From assembly GCA_038065235.1 (NCBI GenBank), contig JBBTRK010000014.1:16629-80628 (forward strand): DNA of 64,000 nucleotides, given 5' to 3'. Shown in pieces: positions 47,178 to 56,879 of this stretch (position 1 is the first letter of the stretch; each line of letters begins with the position of its first letter). The DNA comes from Patescibacteria group bacterium. GTDB taxonomy: Bacteria; Patescibacteriota; Patescibacteriia; PEXW01. The notes under the pieces are model-generated. The model searched no databases, was not told where the DNA came from, and saw only the letters and a program-made list of their open reading frames with translations. Made by a program: the position numbers and the translations under genes.

Positions 47178-48380
47178 TTACTTAATGTTTAACGTCCGAC
47201 CTTCGGGCAAAACTTCGATCCAGGTATTGCCGGGGAGGAACGTCGCTGGGGTTCCGTCAGCCAAGGTGAATACGGTGCGGTCTTCAGATTTCACTTTGCT
47301 CCATGTGATATCCAGAACCTGCCCTTTCTGAAACAGCTGCGCTTTCCCCGTACCCGTCACTGACATAGCTAAGCGCCCCTTCTCACCGACTGCTATTTTG
47401 TTAGAGACACGCTGAATGACAAGGTTGGTGACGCCAAGAGTTGCTTTCGTCAAACGATCCTGGTGCTCTTTGCCAGCCTGACTGCGTAGCCACTGCTGCT
47501 TCGCCGCATCGTAGGTATAGCTCACCTCGGTACTCTTCGTGCGGCCAGTGAAATAGAAGGTGACGTTCTTCGCGGCAACCCCAGCAGCGAGCGTAGTGCC
47601 GAACGTCCACGGTGTTAGTGTGATGTCGGAGTACTTAAGTTTATTCGCCCGAGTGGTGATGAACATTTTCATCCCGCTAGTGTACAAATTGTGCGGCGCT
47701 GGGCGAGTACTATCGCGAAAGAATGCGTTCGACGCGCTCCCAATGCCGTTGATGTCGTGGATACGTTCACGACGGATGTTTGTGAGCGCCTCGGGCGAAC
47801 CACCCGCATGGGCGTAAGCAGCCTCGTACTCTGCGAGCCACTCTAAGAAATACTGGCGCGCCGAGCGTACTGGGCCAATTTCTTTCACATCCCCTTGGTC
47901 AAACACCGCCATGAAACGCGTAATGCCGCCTTCGACGAGCGCTTCGTACACAATCGATGCAGCCTGCAGCGAAGATTGTGGCCGTGCTGATCCTGCATTA
48001 TCAATCATGACCGCGACTGGGTAGAAGTGCCCGTGGCTGAAACGGTTCCCCCCGGTGAGGTCAGGGGCAAACTCTGTTGGCACAGTGCTGACTTTTTGCT
48101 TCGTGGTGGGAACGACGGTAATCGTTGCTTTCTTTGTGAAGTGTACGAATGCCACCAAGGACATACCGAGTGTGACGACGAGAATGGCGGCGAGGGTGAG
48201 GTAGGTCCAGCGCGTCCAGTGGTGGTGGGAGAGTGGCGCTAACCCAAGCGGACCCACAGGTGTGGGTGTGGGGATTTGCGGTTTCGCAGGCGGGATAACT
48301 GATTTCACCGGTACTGCTTTAACGATAATATTTTTCTTCGGCGCTGGTTTTGCGTTTACGGTTGGTTTTGGTTTTGGCAT
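47178..48380 (-). CDS. DUF3048 family protein
   Basis: AVMIDN...ARPQ, VYEALVEGGITRF, IGPVRSAR, APHNLY, GNTWIEV. Confidence 0.9.
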   Translation of the reverse strand: MPKPKPTVNAKPAPKKNIIVKAVPVKSVIPPAKPQIPTPTPVGPLGLAPLSHHHWTRWTYLTLAAILVVTLGMSLVAFVHFTKKATITVVPTTKQKVSTVPTEFAPDLTGGNRFSHGHFYPVAVMIDNAGSARPQSSLQAASIVYEALVEGGITRFMAVFDQGDVKEIGPVRSARQYFLEWLAEYEAAYAHAGGSPEALTNIRRERIHDINGIGSASNAFFRDSTRPAPHNLYTSGMKMFITTRANKLKYSDITLTPWTFGTTLAAGVAAKNVTFYFTGRTKSTEVSYTYDAAKQQWLRSQAGKEHQDRLTKATLGVTNLVIQRVSNKIAVGEKGRLAMSVTGTGKAQLFQKGQVLDITWSKVKSEDRTVFTLADGTPATFLPGNTWIEVLPEGRTLNIK

Positions 48381-48410
48381 AGTTTTTTCGTTGCTGGGAG
48401 CGAGTGAGAA

Positions 48411-49484
48411 TTAGTAGGTAACGTATTTCTCTGGTAAGTCTACCACCTCTACCCAGGTTTGCCCGCGGTTGAGCTGGATAGCCGCCCCAGTACTGTCGAG
48501 TAGCTGAAGCTGTGATTCAGGTGAGGATTTCTTCCAGGTTCCAGTGACCATCTCGCCATCGCGGAAGAGCAAGAGCTTCCCTTCGCCGACAATCACAATG
48601 TCCCGCCGAAGCTTATCGAAAAGCTTCGACGTGGTGAACATGATGGCAACGTTCTTAGGCTCTAGTGCGCCGCCTTCCTTATCTATAGCGAGCGTGCCGG
48701 CCTGGCTGCGCTTGTACACGTTGCGGCTCGCATCGTAGGCAAAAGAGACACGGTAACTTGCTGTAGAAAAGTCCACGACAATAGGCTTCGTCGTAGGCGT
48801 TGCTACCGGCGAATCATCTTTAAAAGACCAGCTCTCATAGTCGCCGCGATCTTTGAATTTCATTGCCCGCCAGCCGAGCTCCATAAGGTGGAGGTTGGTG
48901 AATAGCGAGTGCTCTTGCGCCCGTCCAGGAATATTGTAGAAATTGTACTTCTTATAGAACTGATTGAAATCCGTAATCTTTGTCTTCTCAATTTCGATTT
49001 GCGCTTGCGGGGATTGCCCGGCGTGAACGTAGATACCATTGTAGGCACGGGCAAGCTGGACGAAGTATGGCCGAGCCGAACGGATTGGACCAATGTTGAG
49101 TTTACCATTCACCGCGAAGATGGCGAGAAAACGCGTAATACCGCCTTCCGCGAGCGCTTCATACACCACACCTGCTTTCGAAAGGCCACTCTGCGGCCGC
49201 ACCGAGGTGTGATTCTCCACCACCATCATGAGCGGCAGGTGGTTGGACTTCTCTGACTCCACGAGCACGCCGTCGAGCTTCCGGGGTACAAGCGCGGCGG
49301 TATCTAATTCACTATTCGTATTCGCACTGCCATCATCGTTGGCGGCGCTCCCACGGAATGTCAAGTAGCCCCCAATGCCAATTAGCACCAGCGCTCCAGC
49401 GCCCGCAGCGATCAGCCAGGGCCAGCGGAGCTTACGCTTGCCAAACGTATAGTCACTTGGCCGATCGGTGAGCTTCTGACCCAT
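48411..49484 (-). CDS. DUF3048 family protein (tandem paralog)
   Basis: VENH...RPQSGL, VYEALAEGGITRF, IGPIRSAR, GQTWVEV. Confidence 0.9.
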   Translation of the reverse strand: MGQKLTDRPSDYTFGKRKLRWPWLIAAGAGALVLIGIGGYLTFRGSAANDDGSANTNSELDTAALVPRKLDGVLVESEKSNHLPLMMVVENHTSVRPQSGLSKAGVVYEALAEGGITRFLAIFAVNGKLNIGPIRSARPYFVQLARAYNGIYVHAGQSPQAQIEIEKTKITDFNQFYKKYNFYNIPGRAQEHSLFTNLHLMELGWRAMKFKDRGDYESWSFKDDSPVATPTTKPIVVDFSTASYRVSFAYDASRNVYKRSQAGTLAIDKEGGALEPKNVAIMFTTSKLFDKLRRDIVIVGEGKLLLFRDGEMVTGTWKKSSPESQLQLLDSTGAAIQLNRGQTWVEVVDLPEKYVTY

Positions 49485-49488
49485 GGAT

Positions 49489-50205
49489 TTACTTCTTGTC
49501 TTTAGAATCTTTCTTCACTTCTTTTTTCACATCTTTTGCTGCAGCACCTTCTTCAGCTGCGTCTTCATCAGGTTTCTTCTCCGCAACCACCTTCTCCACC
49601 GCTTCCACATTCTCCTCGACCTTCTCATCCAGCGCCTTCAACTCTTCTTCGGTGCGTGGCGGCTCAACAACAGCGATAATATCTTCGGGTTTGGCGAGAA
49701 CCTGCACCTTCGACGGGATATTAATATCTGCAACCGTGATGCGGGAAGCAAAATCTACAAGCACACTAATGTCGACAATAATTTCGTGCGGGAGGTCAGC
49801 TGGTAAACACTTCACCTTAAGTGTGGAGTGGTTCTTCACCAGGATACCACCGAGCGCCTTCACCGCAGCTGACTCGCCGGTGTACGCCAAAGGCACGTCG
49901 TTAGTTATTTCCTCATCCATACGTACCTGGTAAAAATCCACGTGCAAAATTGCCCCTGTGGTCGGGTGGCGATCGACGTCTTGAATGAGTACTTGAACCG
50001 GCTTCTTGCCTGTCACATCAAGGGTGATAAGGGTAGATTCACCAGCAGTTAGGTACGCTTTCTCGAAGAGTGGGCGCGGGATAGCAACATTCTCGTTGGT
50101 AATGCCGTGGCCATAGACAACCGCGGGGATCATATCGACCTTCCGGAGCGAAGCGCGTTCCTGCTTGCTAATTGCACGGGGTGTAGCGGTGAGCTGCAGA
50201 TTCAT
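49489..50205 (-). CDS. rplY: 50S ribosomal protein L25/Ctc
   Basis: IPAVVYG, HVDFYQV, acidic tail; start at ATG 50205. Confidence 0.95.
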   Translation of the reverse strand: MNLQLTATPRAISKQERASLRKVDMIPAVVYGHGITNENVAIPRPLFEKAYLTAGESTLITLDVTGKKPVQVLIQDVDRHPTTGAILHVDFYQVRMDEEITNDVPLAYTGESAAVKALGGILVKNHSTLKVKCLPADLPHEIIVDISVLVDFASRITVADINIPSKVQVLAKPEDIIAVVEPPRTEEELKALDEKVEENVEAVEKVVAEKKPDEDAAEEGAAAKDVKKEVKKDSKDKK

Positions 50206-50262
50206 GGGATCTATGGAAGAAGAAAGAAAAGGCCCAACGGGCCAGGCAGGAAATCCAACGCG

Positions 50263-50291
50263 ACTATACCATCGCTGCGAGCGGGCGTCAA
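50263..50291 (-). promoter_or_regulatory. rplY promoter
   Basis: Minus strand TTGACG-N17-TATAGT. Confidence 0.65.
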
Positions 50292-50293
50292 CC

Positions 50294-51400
50294 CTATCCC
50301 GTAGACCGCCTTCGAACCGCCACACTCTGAACCAAACCTAGCCCTATAATACTGGCCACGAGCGAACTCCCGCCTGAGCTAACAAAAGGGAGTGGAATAC
50401 CAGTCACCGGAAGCAAACCCATGTTCATGCCGACGTTGATGAGGAGGTGAATAGCGATGCCAATGCTGATTCCTGTGCACAGGAACGCCCCAAAATCATC
50501 TCGCGACTGGCGAGCAATGACTACAGTGCGCATGAGCACCACCCCAAAACTCCCGAGGAGCACGAGCACGCCGATGAAGCCGAACTCCTCGGCGAGCACA
50601 GCGAAAATGAAGTCAGTTTGCTGCTCGGGCAGGAAGTTGAGCTGGCTCTGTGTGCCTTGGCCGAAGCCCCGACCGAAGAGCTGCCCCGAACCGACCGCAA
50701 TGATTGCCTGCTTCACATTGTAGCCACTCTTCAGCGGATCGGCAGTGGGATTCACCAGTACCCGGATCCGATCTTTCTGGTACCCCTGGAGCAAGAACAT
50801 GTAGCTCACCACTGCTGCAATGATGAAAAGCACTAAGAGCAAGACGAGCTGCTTTGCCCGCACGTTAGCGGTCAGCAAGAGACCCACGTATATACCCGCA
50901 ACGACCACGGCCGAACCGAGATCTGGCTGGCGGAGAATGAGCACAATAAGACCGAGCGCAAAGGCACCGCTAATTGCGAGGTGACGCCACTGGTCGAAAG
51001 CCCGAGCGTACCGAGAGAGGTAGGCGGCGAAGGCAATAATCCAGAGCACTTTCACAATTTCCACAGGCTGAAAGCTGACACCAGCAAAGACGAACCAACC
51101 CGTCGTATTCCGAATTGTCGTACCAAAAAACAACACGCCGATTAGGAGTATTGCAGCCGTCACGTACGCCGCCGTACTCCACCCCCGCAGAGTTCGGTAG
51201 TCAACCAGCACCGCAATGACGTAGAGGACGACGCCGAGCGCAAGGAACGTCAACTGGCGGGTGAAAGTCCCCCACTCGGGCGGCGACTTCGCAATGGTCA
51301 CGCTCGCGAGCGCGATGAGACCAAAGAGAACCAAAATCGTACTGGCACCGAATAGGAGCCAGTCAACCTTCGTCAGTGACCGAAGATTCCACCGCGCCAT
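50294..51400 (-). CDS. rodA: SEDS glycosyltransferase RodA
   Basis: FQPVEIVK, QPDLG, YQKDRI, LPEQQTDFIF, PVTGIPLPFVSSGGSS. Confidence 0.93.
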   Translation of the reverse strand: MARWNLRSLTKVDWLLFGASTILVLFGLIALASVTIAKSPPEWGTFTRQLTFLALGVVLYVIAVLVDYRTLRGWSTAAYVTAAILLIGVLFFGTTIRNTTGWFVFAGVSFQPVEIVKVLWIIAFAAYLSRYARAFDQWRHLAISGAFALGLIVLILRQPDLGSAVVVAGIYVGLLLTANVRAKQLVLLLVLFIIAAVVSYMFLLQGYQKDRIRVLVNPTADPLKSGYNVKQAIIAVGSGQLFGRGFGQGTQSQLNFLPEQQTDFIFAVLAEEFGFIGVLVLLGSFGVVLMRTVVIARQSRDDFGAFLCTGISIGIAIHLLINVGMNMGLLPVTGIPLPFVSSGGSSLVASIIGLGLVQSVAVRRRSTG

Positions 51401-51403
51401 AGG

Positions 51404-52237
51404 CTAGCGTGAAACAATCCCGCGGTGCACTTCGGGGTAGACGTCTGCTTGCTGGATGTTCGCGATGACCGTATCCCACTCCACCGAGAATGGTTGCGTT
51501 TGCTCGGCATCGATGTGCGAGAGGATAGTACTGCCGACGCCGACCGTAGCACCACCCCGGGTGAGTACGACGGACACTCGCAGTCCATCGAGTGCAACGA
51601 AGGCGCTATTCACAATTGTGCCAGTCACTTGTGTGACCGTACGCTGCTGATTCTCACCGGTGACGAGCGTACGCAAACCAGTTGTGACGTTCACCGGCTT
51701 CACATCAATCTTCTCGGCGGCTTCGGTTGGCGTGAGCCGTGCCCAGGTGGTATCGGTCACGGTCATCGTCCCACTTGGAGTTGTTGCATTCGCTGGGCCT
51801 TCGACGTTCAAGGCCATAGCGTACCGTACGCTCTTCGGCGGCAGGATGATGATAACTGGAGAGAGTGGCTTGACCCCCCCAGCAAACTGAACCGTGACGA
51901 CTGCAGACCACGTAGTATTCGTATTCTCCAGCCGGGACGAGAAATCATAGCGGGACTGGCTGTGCGGCGTCGTCGCGACGATTCCTGTTGCAATTGGCGT
52001 TGGAGCAATATTCGCCTGTGCCTTACCGACTGCTGAAGTGCTCGCGACGACAGTTGCTACGACGTCTGAAGAATCGCGGAATCGGAAGACGAGAAGCATC
52101 CCCTGAGTGAGGAAGAGGGCCAACAGAAAAATATCCACAGCCATGAGGACGAGGACCCACCACTTGCGAAGTTGCTGGCGGTTGGTGAGGTACCAGTAGT
52201 TGAGTTTAAGCCCAAGGTCCGAGAGCGTGTCTGCCAT
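51404..52237 (-). CDS. Hypothetical membrane protein with beta-rich ectodomain
   Basis: 277 aa; N-terminal TM; 3 nt from the rodA start. Confidence 0.7.
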   Translation of the reverse strand: MADTLSDLGLKLNYWYLTNRQQLRKWWVLVLMAVDIFLLALFLTQGMLLVFRFRDSSDVVATVVASTSAVGKAQANIAPTPIATGIVATTPHSQSRYDFSSRLENTNTTWSAVVTVQFAGGVKPLSPVIIILPPKSVRYAMALNVEGPANATTPSGTMTVTDTTWARLTPTEAAEKIDVKPVNVTTGLRTLVTGENQQRTVTQVTGTIVNSAFVALDGLRVSVVLTRGGATVGVGSTILSHIDAEQTQPFSVEWDTVIANIQQADVYPEVHRGIVSR

Positions 52238-52299
52238 AGGCTGTAGTATACCCGCCCCAGCTCAGCTCGGCTAGGCAAACTGCACCTACGGGTTTCGGG

Positions 52300-52857
52300 T
52301 TACGAAAAGGTTAATTCCTTACTCTCCACGTCCTTCGTCGATTCATGGTAATCAGCGAACTCATTGTACTGAATTTTTTCATAGAGCTCTGCATTAAACG
52401 GCAGCTGATCGACAAAGGTACGGTCGTCTGGATGGACAGTTTTCACCACGTAGTACCGCAGCGCTTCATTCGACGGGATGCGAAAAGGCAAACCCTCAAG
52501 CTTCAGGACTTGGCATCGGTCAAAAATCTCTTTTGGGTACTTGGCGTGAAACCACTCTCGTTCTCGCTCGTAGTACAAACCTCGATCGAACAGCTCGAAC
52601 ACGTCAACTTTACAATCGGATTTGTATAAGACGTACTTTAACCCCTGTTGTGTGACACGAAAGCCATCCGCAAAGCATGCCTGCAAAAAATCCTGCATGT
52701 CTTGTTCGTGCATGCAGACGTCAACATCACCGTGTGTCCGAGTGATGTGGCCAACCTTTGCGTCGACAGCAAAGCCACCAACCACCCAGTAGCGGAAGTG
52801 CCTGCGCTCGCAGAGTTGGACGACTGCCCGTAAAACCCCGAAAACATCGTTCACCAT
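52300..52857 (-). CDS. ANT(2'')/Lnu-like nucleotidyltransferase
   Basis: YWVVGGFAVDAKVGHITRTHGDVDV, KVDVF; start at ATG 52857. Confidence 0.75.
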   Translation of the reverse strand: MVNDVFGVLRAVVQLCERRHFRYWVVGGFAVDAKVGHITRTHGDVDVCMHEQDMQDFLQACFADGFRVTQQGLKYVLYKSDCKVDVFELFDRGLYYEREREWFHAKYPKEIFDRCQVLKLEGLPFRIPSNEALRYYVVKTVHPDDRTFVDQLPFNAELYEKIQYNEFADYHESTKDVESKELTFS

Positions 52858-52923
52858 AGCAAGAGTATACTCGCCCACCCGCTCCCCTACCAGCGGAAAA
52901 CCATTGTGCTATACTAGTCCCCT

Positions 52924-53241
52924 ATGAGCACCGGGGACATCCTCAATATTGTCATCGCCATTGTCCTGCTCGCTGTTGGCGGCTTCACCGTCTGGCTGCT
53001 GTACTACTTGGTCCAAATAGTGAAAGATCTGTACCGAGCAATCGAGGATTTCCGGAAGATGCTGGACAGCGTGAAGCAGCGCCTGGAGCACATTGGCGAC
53101 TTTCTGGACACCATCCAGACTAAAGTTTCCTCGTCGGCCTCTGCCATTGCCAGCATCGTGCGCGTCGTCGGCGACCTGACGAGTTTGGTGAAGAACCGAA
53201 AAACTAAAAAGGCTGCACCACCCGCTGACGATTTGGAGTAG
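52924..53241 (+). CDS. DUF948-like membrane coiled-coil protein
   Basis: TM helix followed by heptad repeats. Confidence 0.6.
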   Translation: MSTGDILNIVIAIVLLAVGGFTVWLLYYLVQIVKDLYRAIEDFRKMLDSVKQRLEHIGDFLDTIQTKVSSSASAIASIVRVVGDLTSLVKNRKTKKAAPPADDLE

Positions 53242-53315
53242 CTAGCAAAAATGATTTGATAACCAGGGTGTTATATATAGCGCCCACTTTTTTGTAGTCA
53301 CATAATATACGCAAG

Positions 53316-53341
53316 ATCCCGGATCGGAGTCCGGGATGACA
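53316..53341. repeat. Half palindromic element ending ATGACA
   Basis: ATCCCGGA-TCGGAG-TCCGGGAT-GACA. Confidence 0.6.
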
Positions 53342-53365
53342 ATGTGGTAAAGTCAGTCTTGACCT

Positions 53366-56300
53366 ATGTCCTTCGTCCACCTCCACGTCCACTCCCACTA
53401 CTCCCTCCTCGACGGCTTGCCGAAGATCGATGATTTGATTGCGCACGTGCAGAAACTTGGCGCACCAGCTGTAGCCCTTACAGACCATGGCGTGCTATAT
53501 GGCGCGGTGGAGTTTTATCAAAAGGCGGTGAAAGCTGGCATCAAGCCAATCATCGGCGTGGAGACGTACGTCGCCCGGCGCACCCTCCACGACAAGGAAG
53601 CGCGCATCGACGAACGACCATTCCACCTAGTGCTCTTGGCGACAAACCTGACGGGTTACAAAAATCTCATCGCACTCGTGTCAGTTGCGCATCTCGAAGG
53701 TTTCTACTACCGCCCCCGTGTAGACCATGACCTGCTGAAGAAGCACAGCGAGGGGCTCATTGCATTGTCTGCCTGCTTGCAAGGGGAAGTTGCCAATGCA
53801 ATTCTCGGCAAAATTAACGCCACGCCGGATGAGGTTGTGGAGAAGCACATTGCGACATTCGGCAAGAAGAACTACTTCCTCGAAGTCCAGTCGCACCCAG
53901 ACATCCCAGACCAAGTAAAGGTGAACGATGCAGTATTTGCACTGGCGATGAAGCACGGCGTGCAAGTCGTCGCCACGAATGACGTGCACTACCTAAAGAA
54001 GGAGGATGCCGAGATTCAGGACGTGCTGCTCGCCATCCAGACGAAGACCACGATGGACGACCCCAAGCGCATGTCGTACAAGGGCGTGGATGTGAGCATG
54101 CGCAGCGAAGCCGAAATGGCGGCCGCGTTCCCCGACCATCCCGAAGTCCTCACCAACACCGCCGCCATTGCTGAGCGCTGCAACGTTGAACTGGAACTCG
54201 GTAAAACCCAGCTCCCGCACTTCGAAGTACCAAAGGGCGAAACGGCCGAAACGTATTTACGGCAGCTCTGCGAGCAGGGTATCCCCCGTCGGTACCCGGG
54301 CCGCGAGAGCGACCCAGTCGTCCTGCAGCGTTTGGAATACGAATTCGGCGTCATTGAGAAGACTGGCTTCGCTGGGTACTTCCTCATCGTGCAGGACTTT
54401 GTGAACTGGGCTAAAGAGCATGGCGTCGTGGTTGGACCAGGCCGTGGTTCTGCTGCCGGGTCGATCGTTTCGTACCTCACGAATATCACGAACGTTGACC
54501 CCATTGCTTACGACCTGCTATTTGAAAGATTTTTGAATCCCGAGCGTATATCCATGCCAGATATCGACTTGGACTTCGCCGACACGCGCCGCGATGAAGT
54601 GCTGAAGTACGTCGGCGAACGGTACGGCCACGACCACGTCGCGCAAATTATAACTTTTGGGACTATGGCCGCCCGCGCTGCCATCCGTGACGTCGGCCGC
54701 GCCCTGGGCTTCCCCTACACCTACTGCGACCGCGTGGCCAAGCTCATTCCCATGTTCACGACCTTGCAAGAAGCGCTCGACACAATCCCGGAACTGAAGG
54801 AAATCGCCGAACAGGACGAAGATGGTCGGCGCTTGCTGCAGACTGCCATGCGCTTGGAGGGTGTGGCCCGACACGCTTCGGTGCACGCGTGCGGCGTGGT
54901 CATTACCAAAGGCCCACTCATAGAACACGTACCAATTCAACACGCCGGTCCTGATGACGAAACAATTATTTCCCAATACTCCCTGCACCCAATCGAAGAC
55001 CTGGGTTTGCTGAAGATGGACTTCCTCGGGCTGCGAAACCTCACCGTGCTGGAGCAGACCATTGAGATTGCCCGCAAAGGTCGCGGCCGAGTATACGACC
55101 TCGATAAACTCCCGCTGGATGATAAGGGCACGTACGCGCTCTTGCAGGCCGGTCACACCACGGGCGTCTTCCAGTTTGAATCTGGCGGTATGCGGCGCTA
55201 TTTGAAAGAGCTCAAGCCGACGGAACTGGAAGACCTTATTGCTATGGTGTCGCTGTACCGACCTGGACCAATGGAATTCATCCCCGACTTCATTGCCCGC
55301 AAGCAGGGGAAACAGAAGGTCACCTACATCCACCCCAAGTTGGAAAAGAGCTTGGCGAAGACCTACGGGGTGGCGGTGTACCAAGAACAAATTATGGAGC
55401 TAGCACGCGATCTGGCTGGCTTCACCCTGGGCGAAGCCGATGTGCTGCGGAAAGCCGTGGGCAAAAAAATATCCAAGCTTCTCAAGGAGCAGCGCGACAA
55501 GTTCATAGTCGGGTGTGTGAAGAACGGCATCGCGAAAGCTACGGCAGAGAAGATCTTTGACTTCATTGAACCGTTCGCCCGTTACGGGTTCAACCGGTCG
55601 CACGCCGCCTGCTACGCGCTCATCGCCTACCAGACGGCGTACTTCAAGGCCACGGAACCCGAAGCGTTCATGGCCGCCCTCCTCACGGGCGACCAAAGCA
55701 ACATCGATCGTATCGCCATCGAAATTGACGAGTGCCGACAAATGGGCTTGACCGTGCTACCGCCGGACATCAACGAGAGCTACTCCACCTTTACCGCGGT
55801 GTACGATGCCGCAACGAAAACTCCAACGCGAACCATCCGCTTCGGCTTGAACGCTATTAAGAACGTGGGCGACAATGTTGTGCGAGCAATTGTGCACGAA
55901 CGAAAAGCGAATGGCCTGTTCGCCAGCCTCGAGGATCTGCTCCGCCGCGTGCAGGTGAAAGACTTCAACAAGAAGTCCGTGGAGAGCCTCATCAAAGCCG
56001 GCGCCCTAGACCGCTTCGGCGAGCGCGGCCAGCTTTTGGCGAACATCGATACCATCCTGCAGTACAACAAGCACGCCACCCAAGCGGTGAATGCCAACCA
56101 AGACTCGCTCTTCATGAATTTGCCCGCCGCCAAAGCCCCGTCACTCTCCTTGAAACCTGCAGAACCAATGTCGAAACGCGAATCTCTGCAGTGGGAGAAA
56201 GAACTGCTCGGCCTCTACCTCTCGGACCACCCATTGAAAGCGTACCAAGACCAGCTGAACCTCATCACCACGCCGATGAGCACGTTGCATGAACACGGCA

Positions 56301-56806
56301 AAGATGAACGCGTCCGCATCGGTGGTATTATCACTAAAGTACATAAGATAATGACCAAACGGCAAGAACCCATGCTCTTCGTGCGGGTGGAAGATGCGGT
56401 TGGTGCGGTTGAGGTCATCGTATTCCCGAAACTCTTCCAGCAGAGCCAGGCACTCTGGACGCTCGAAAGACTCATTATCGTGGAGGGCAAGACCTCAGAC
56501 AAAGACGGGGAGACCAAAATCCTGGCTGATGCCGTGCGCGAGCTAGACACCGTGGCGCTCCAGGCCTACGCCACGACGCACGAAGTTGGCCGGCCGCTCG
56601 TCATTCACGTGCCAGCTGACCTCTCCCGCGCAAAGCTGGCCGAAATTCAAGCCATTCTTGAGAAGTACCCCGGCCCAACGCCAGTGGAGCTCAGCGCGAA
56701 AAATGAGAATGGTGGTAAACGCGTCCCCCTCCCCAACCGAATAAACAGCGGCGCGGCGTGGAGCGACCTGGCAAACCTCGTCGGTGCCTCTGCTTTGCGG
56801 AGGTAG
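53366..56806 (+). CDS. dnaE: DNA polymerase III alpha
   Basis: HLHVHSHYSLLDG PHP domain, GPGRGSAAGS, MPDIDLDF, YGFNRSH. Confidence 0.98.
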   Translation: MSFVHLHVHSHYSLLDGLPKIDDLIAHVQKLGAPAVALTDHGVLYGAVEFYQKAVKAGIKPIIGVETYVARRTLHDKEARIDERPFHLVLLATNLTGYKNLIALVSVAHLEGFYYRPRVDHDLLKKHSEGLIALSACLQGEVANAILGKINATPDEVVEKHIATFGKKNYFLEVQSHPDIPDQVKVNDAVFALAMKHGVQVVATNDVHYLKKEDAEIQDVLLAIQTKTTMDDPKRMSYKGVDVSMRSEAEMAAAFPDHPEVLTNTAAIAERCNVELELGKTQLPHFEVPKGETAETYLRQLCEQGIPRRYPGRESDPVVLQRLEYEFGVIEKTGFAGYFLIVQDFVNWAKEHGVVVGPGRGSAAGSIVSYLTNITNVDPIAYDLLFERFLNPERISMPDIDLDFADTRRDEVLKYVGERYGHDHVAQIITFGTMAARAAIRDVGRALGFPYTYCDRVAKLIPMFTTLQEALDTIPELKEIAEQDEDGRRLLQTAMRLEGVARHASVHACGVVITKGPLIEHVPIQHAGPDDETIISQYSLHPIEDLGLLKMDFLGLRNLTVLEQTIEIARKGRGRVYDLDKLPLDDKGTYALLQAGHTTGVFQFESGGMRRYLKELKPTELEDLIAMVSLYRPGPMEFIPDFIARKQGKQKVTYIHPKLEKSLAKTYGVAVYQEQIMELARDLAGFTLGEADVLRKAVGKKISKLLKEQRDKFIVGCVKNGIAKATAEKIFDFIEPFARYGFNRSHAACYALIAYQTAYFKATEPEAFMAALLTGDQSNIDRIAIEIDECRQMGLTVLPPDINESYSTFTAVYDAATKTPTRTIRFGLNAIKNVGDNVVRAIVHERKANGLFASLEDLLRRVQVKDFNKKSVESLIKAGALDRFGERGQLLANIDTILQYNKHATQAVNANQDSLFMNLPAAKAPSLSLKPAEPMSKRESLQWEKELLGLYLSDHPLKAYQDQLNLITTPMSTLHEHGKDERVRIGGIITKVHKIMTKRQEPMLFVRVEDAVGAVEVIVFPKLFQQSQALWTLERLIIVEGKTSDKDGETKILADAVRELDTVALQAYATTHEVGRPLVIHVPADLSRAKLAEIQAILEKYPGPTPVELSAKNENGGKRVPLPNRINSGAAWSDLANLVGASALRR

Positions 56807-56812
56807 ACAATG

Positions 56813-56858
56813 CCTCCCCTCCTGCCGGAGGAGGGGTGCCCGAAGGGCGGGGTGGTGG
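56813..56858. repeat. GC-rich REP-like element
   Basis: CCCCTCCT-GCCGG-AGGAGGGG followed by GCCC-GAA-GGGC-GGGG. Confidence 0.55.
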
Positions 56859-56879
56859 GAGTAGTGCTACAATAGCCCC

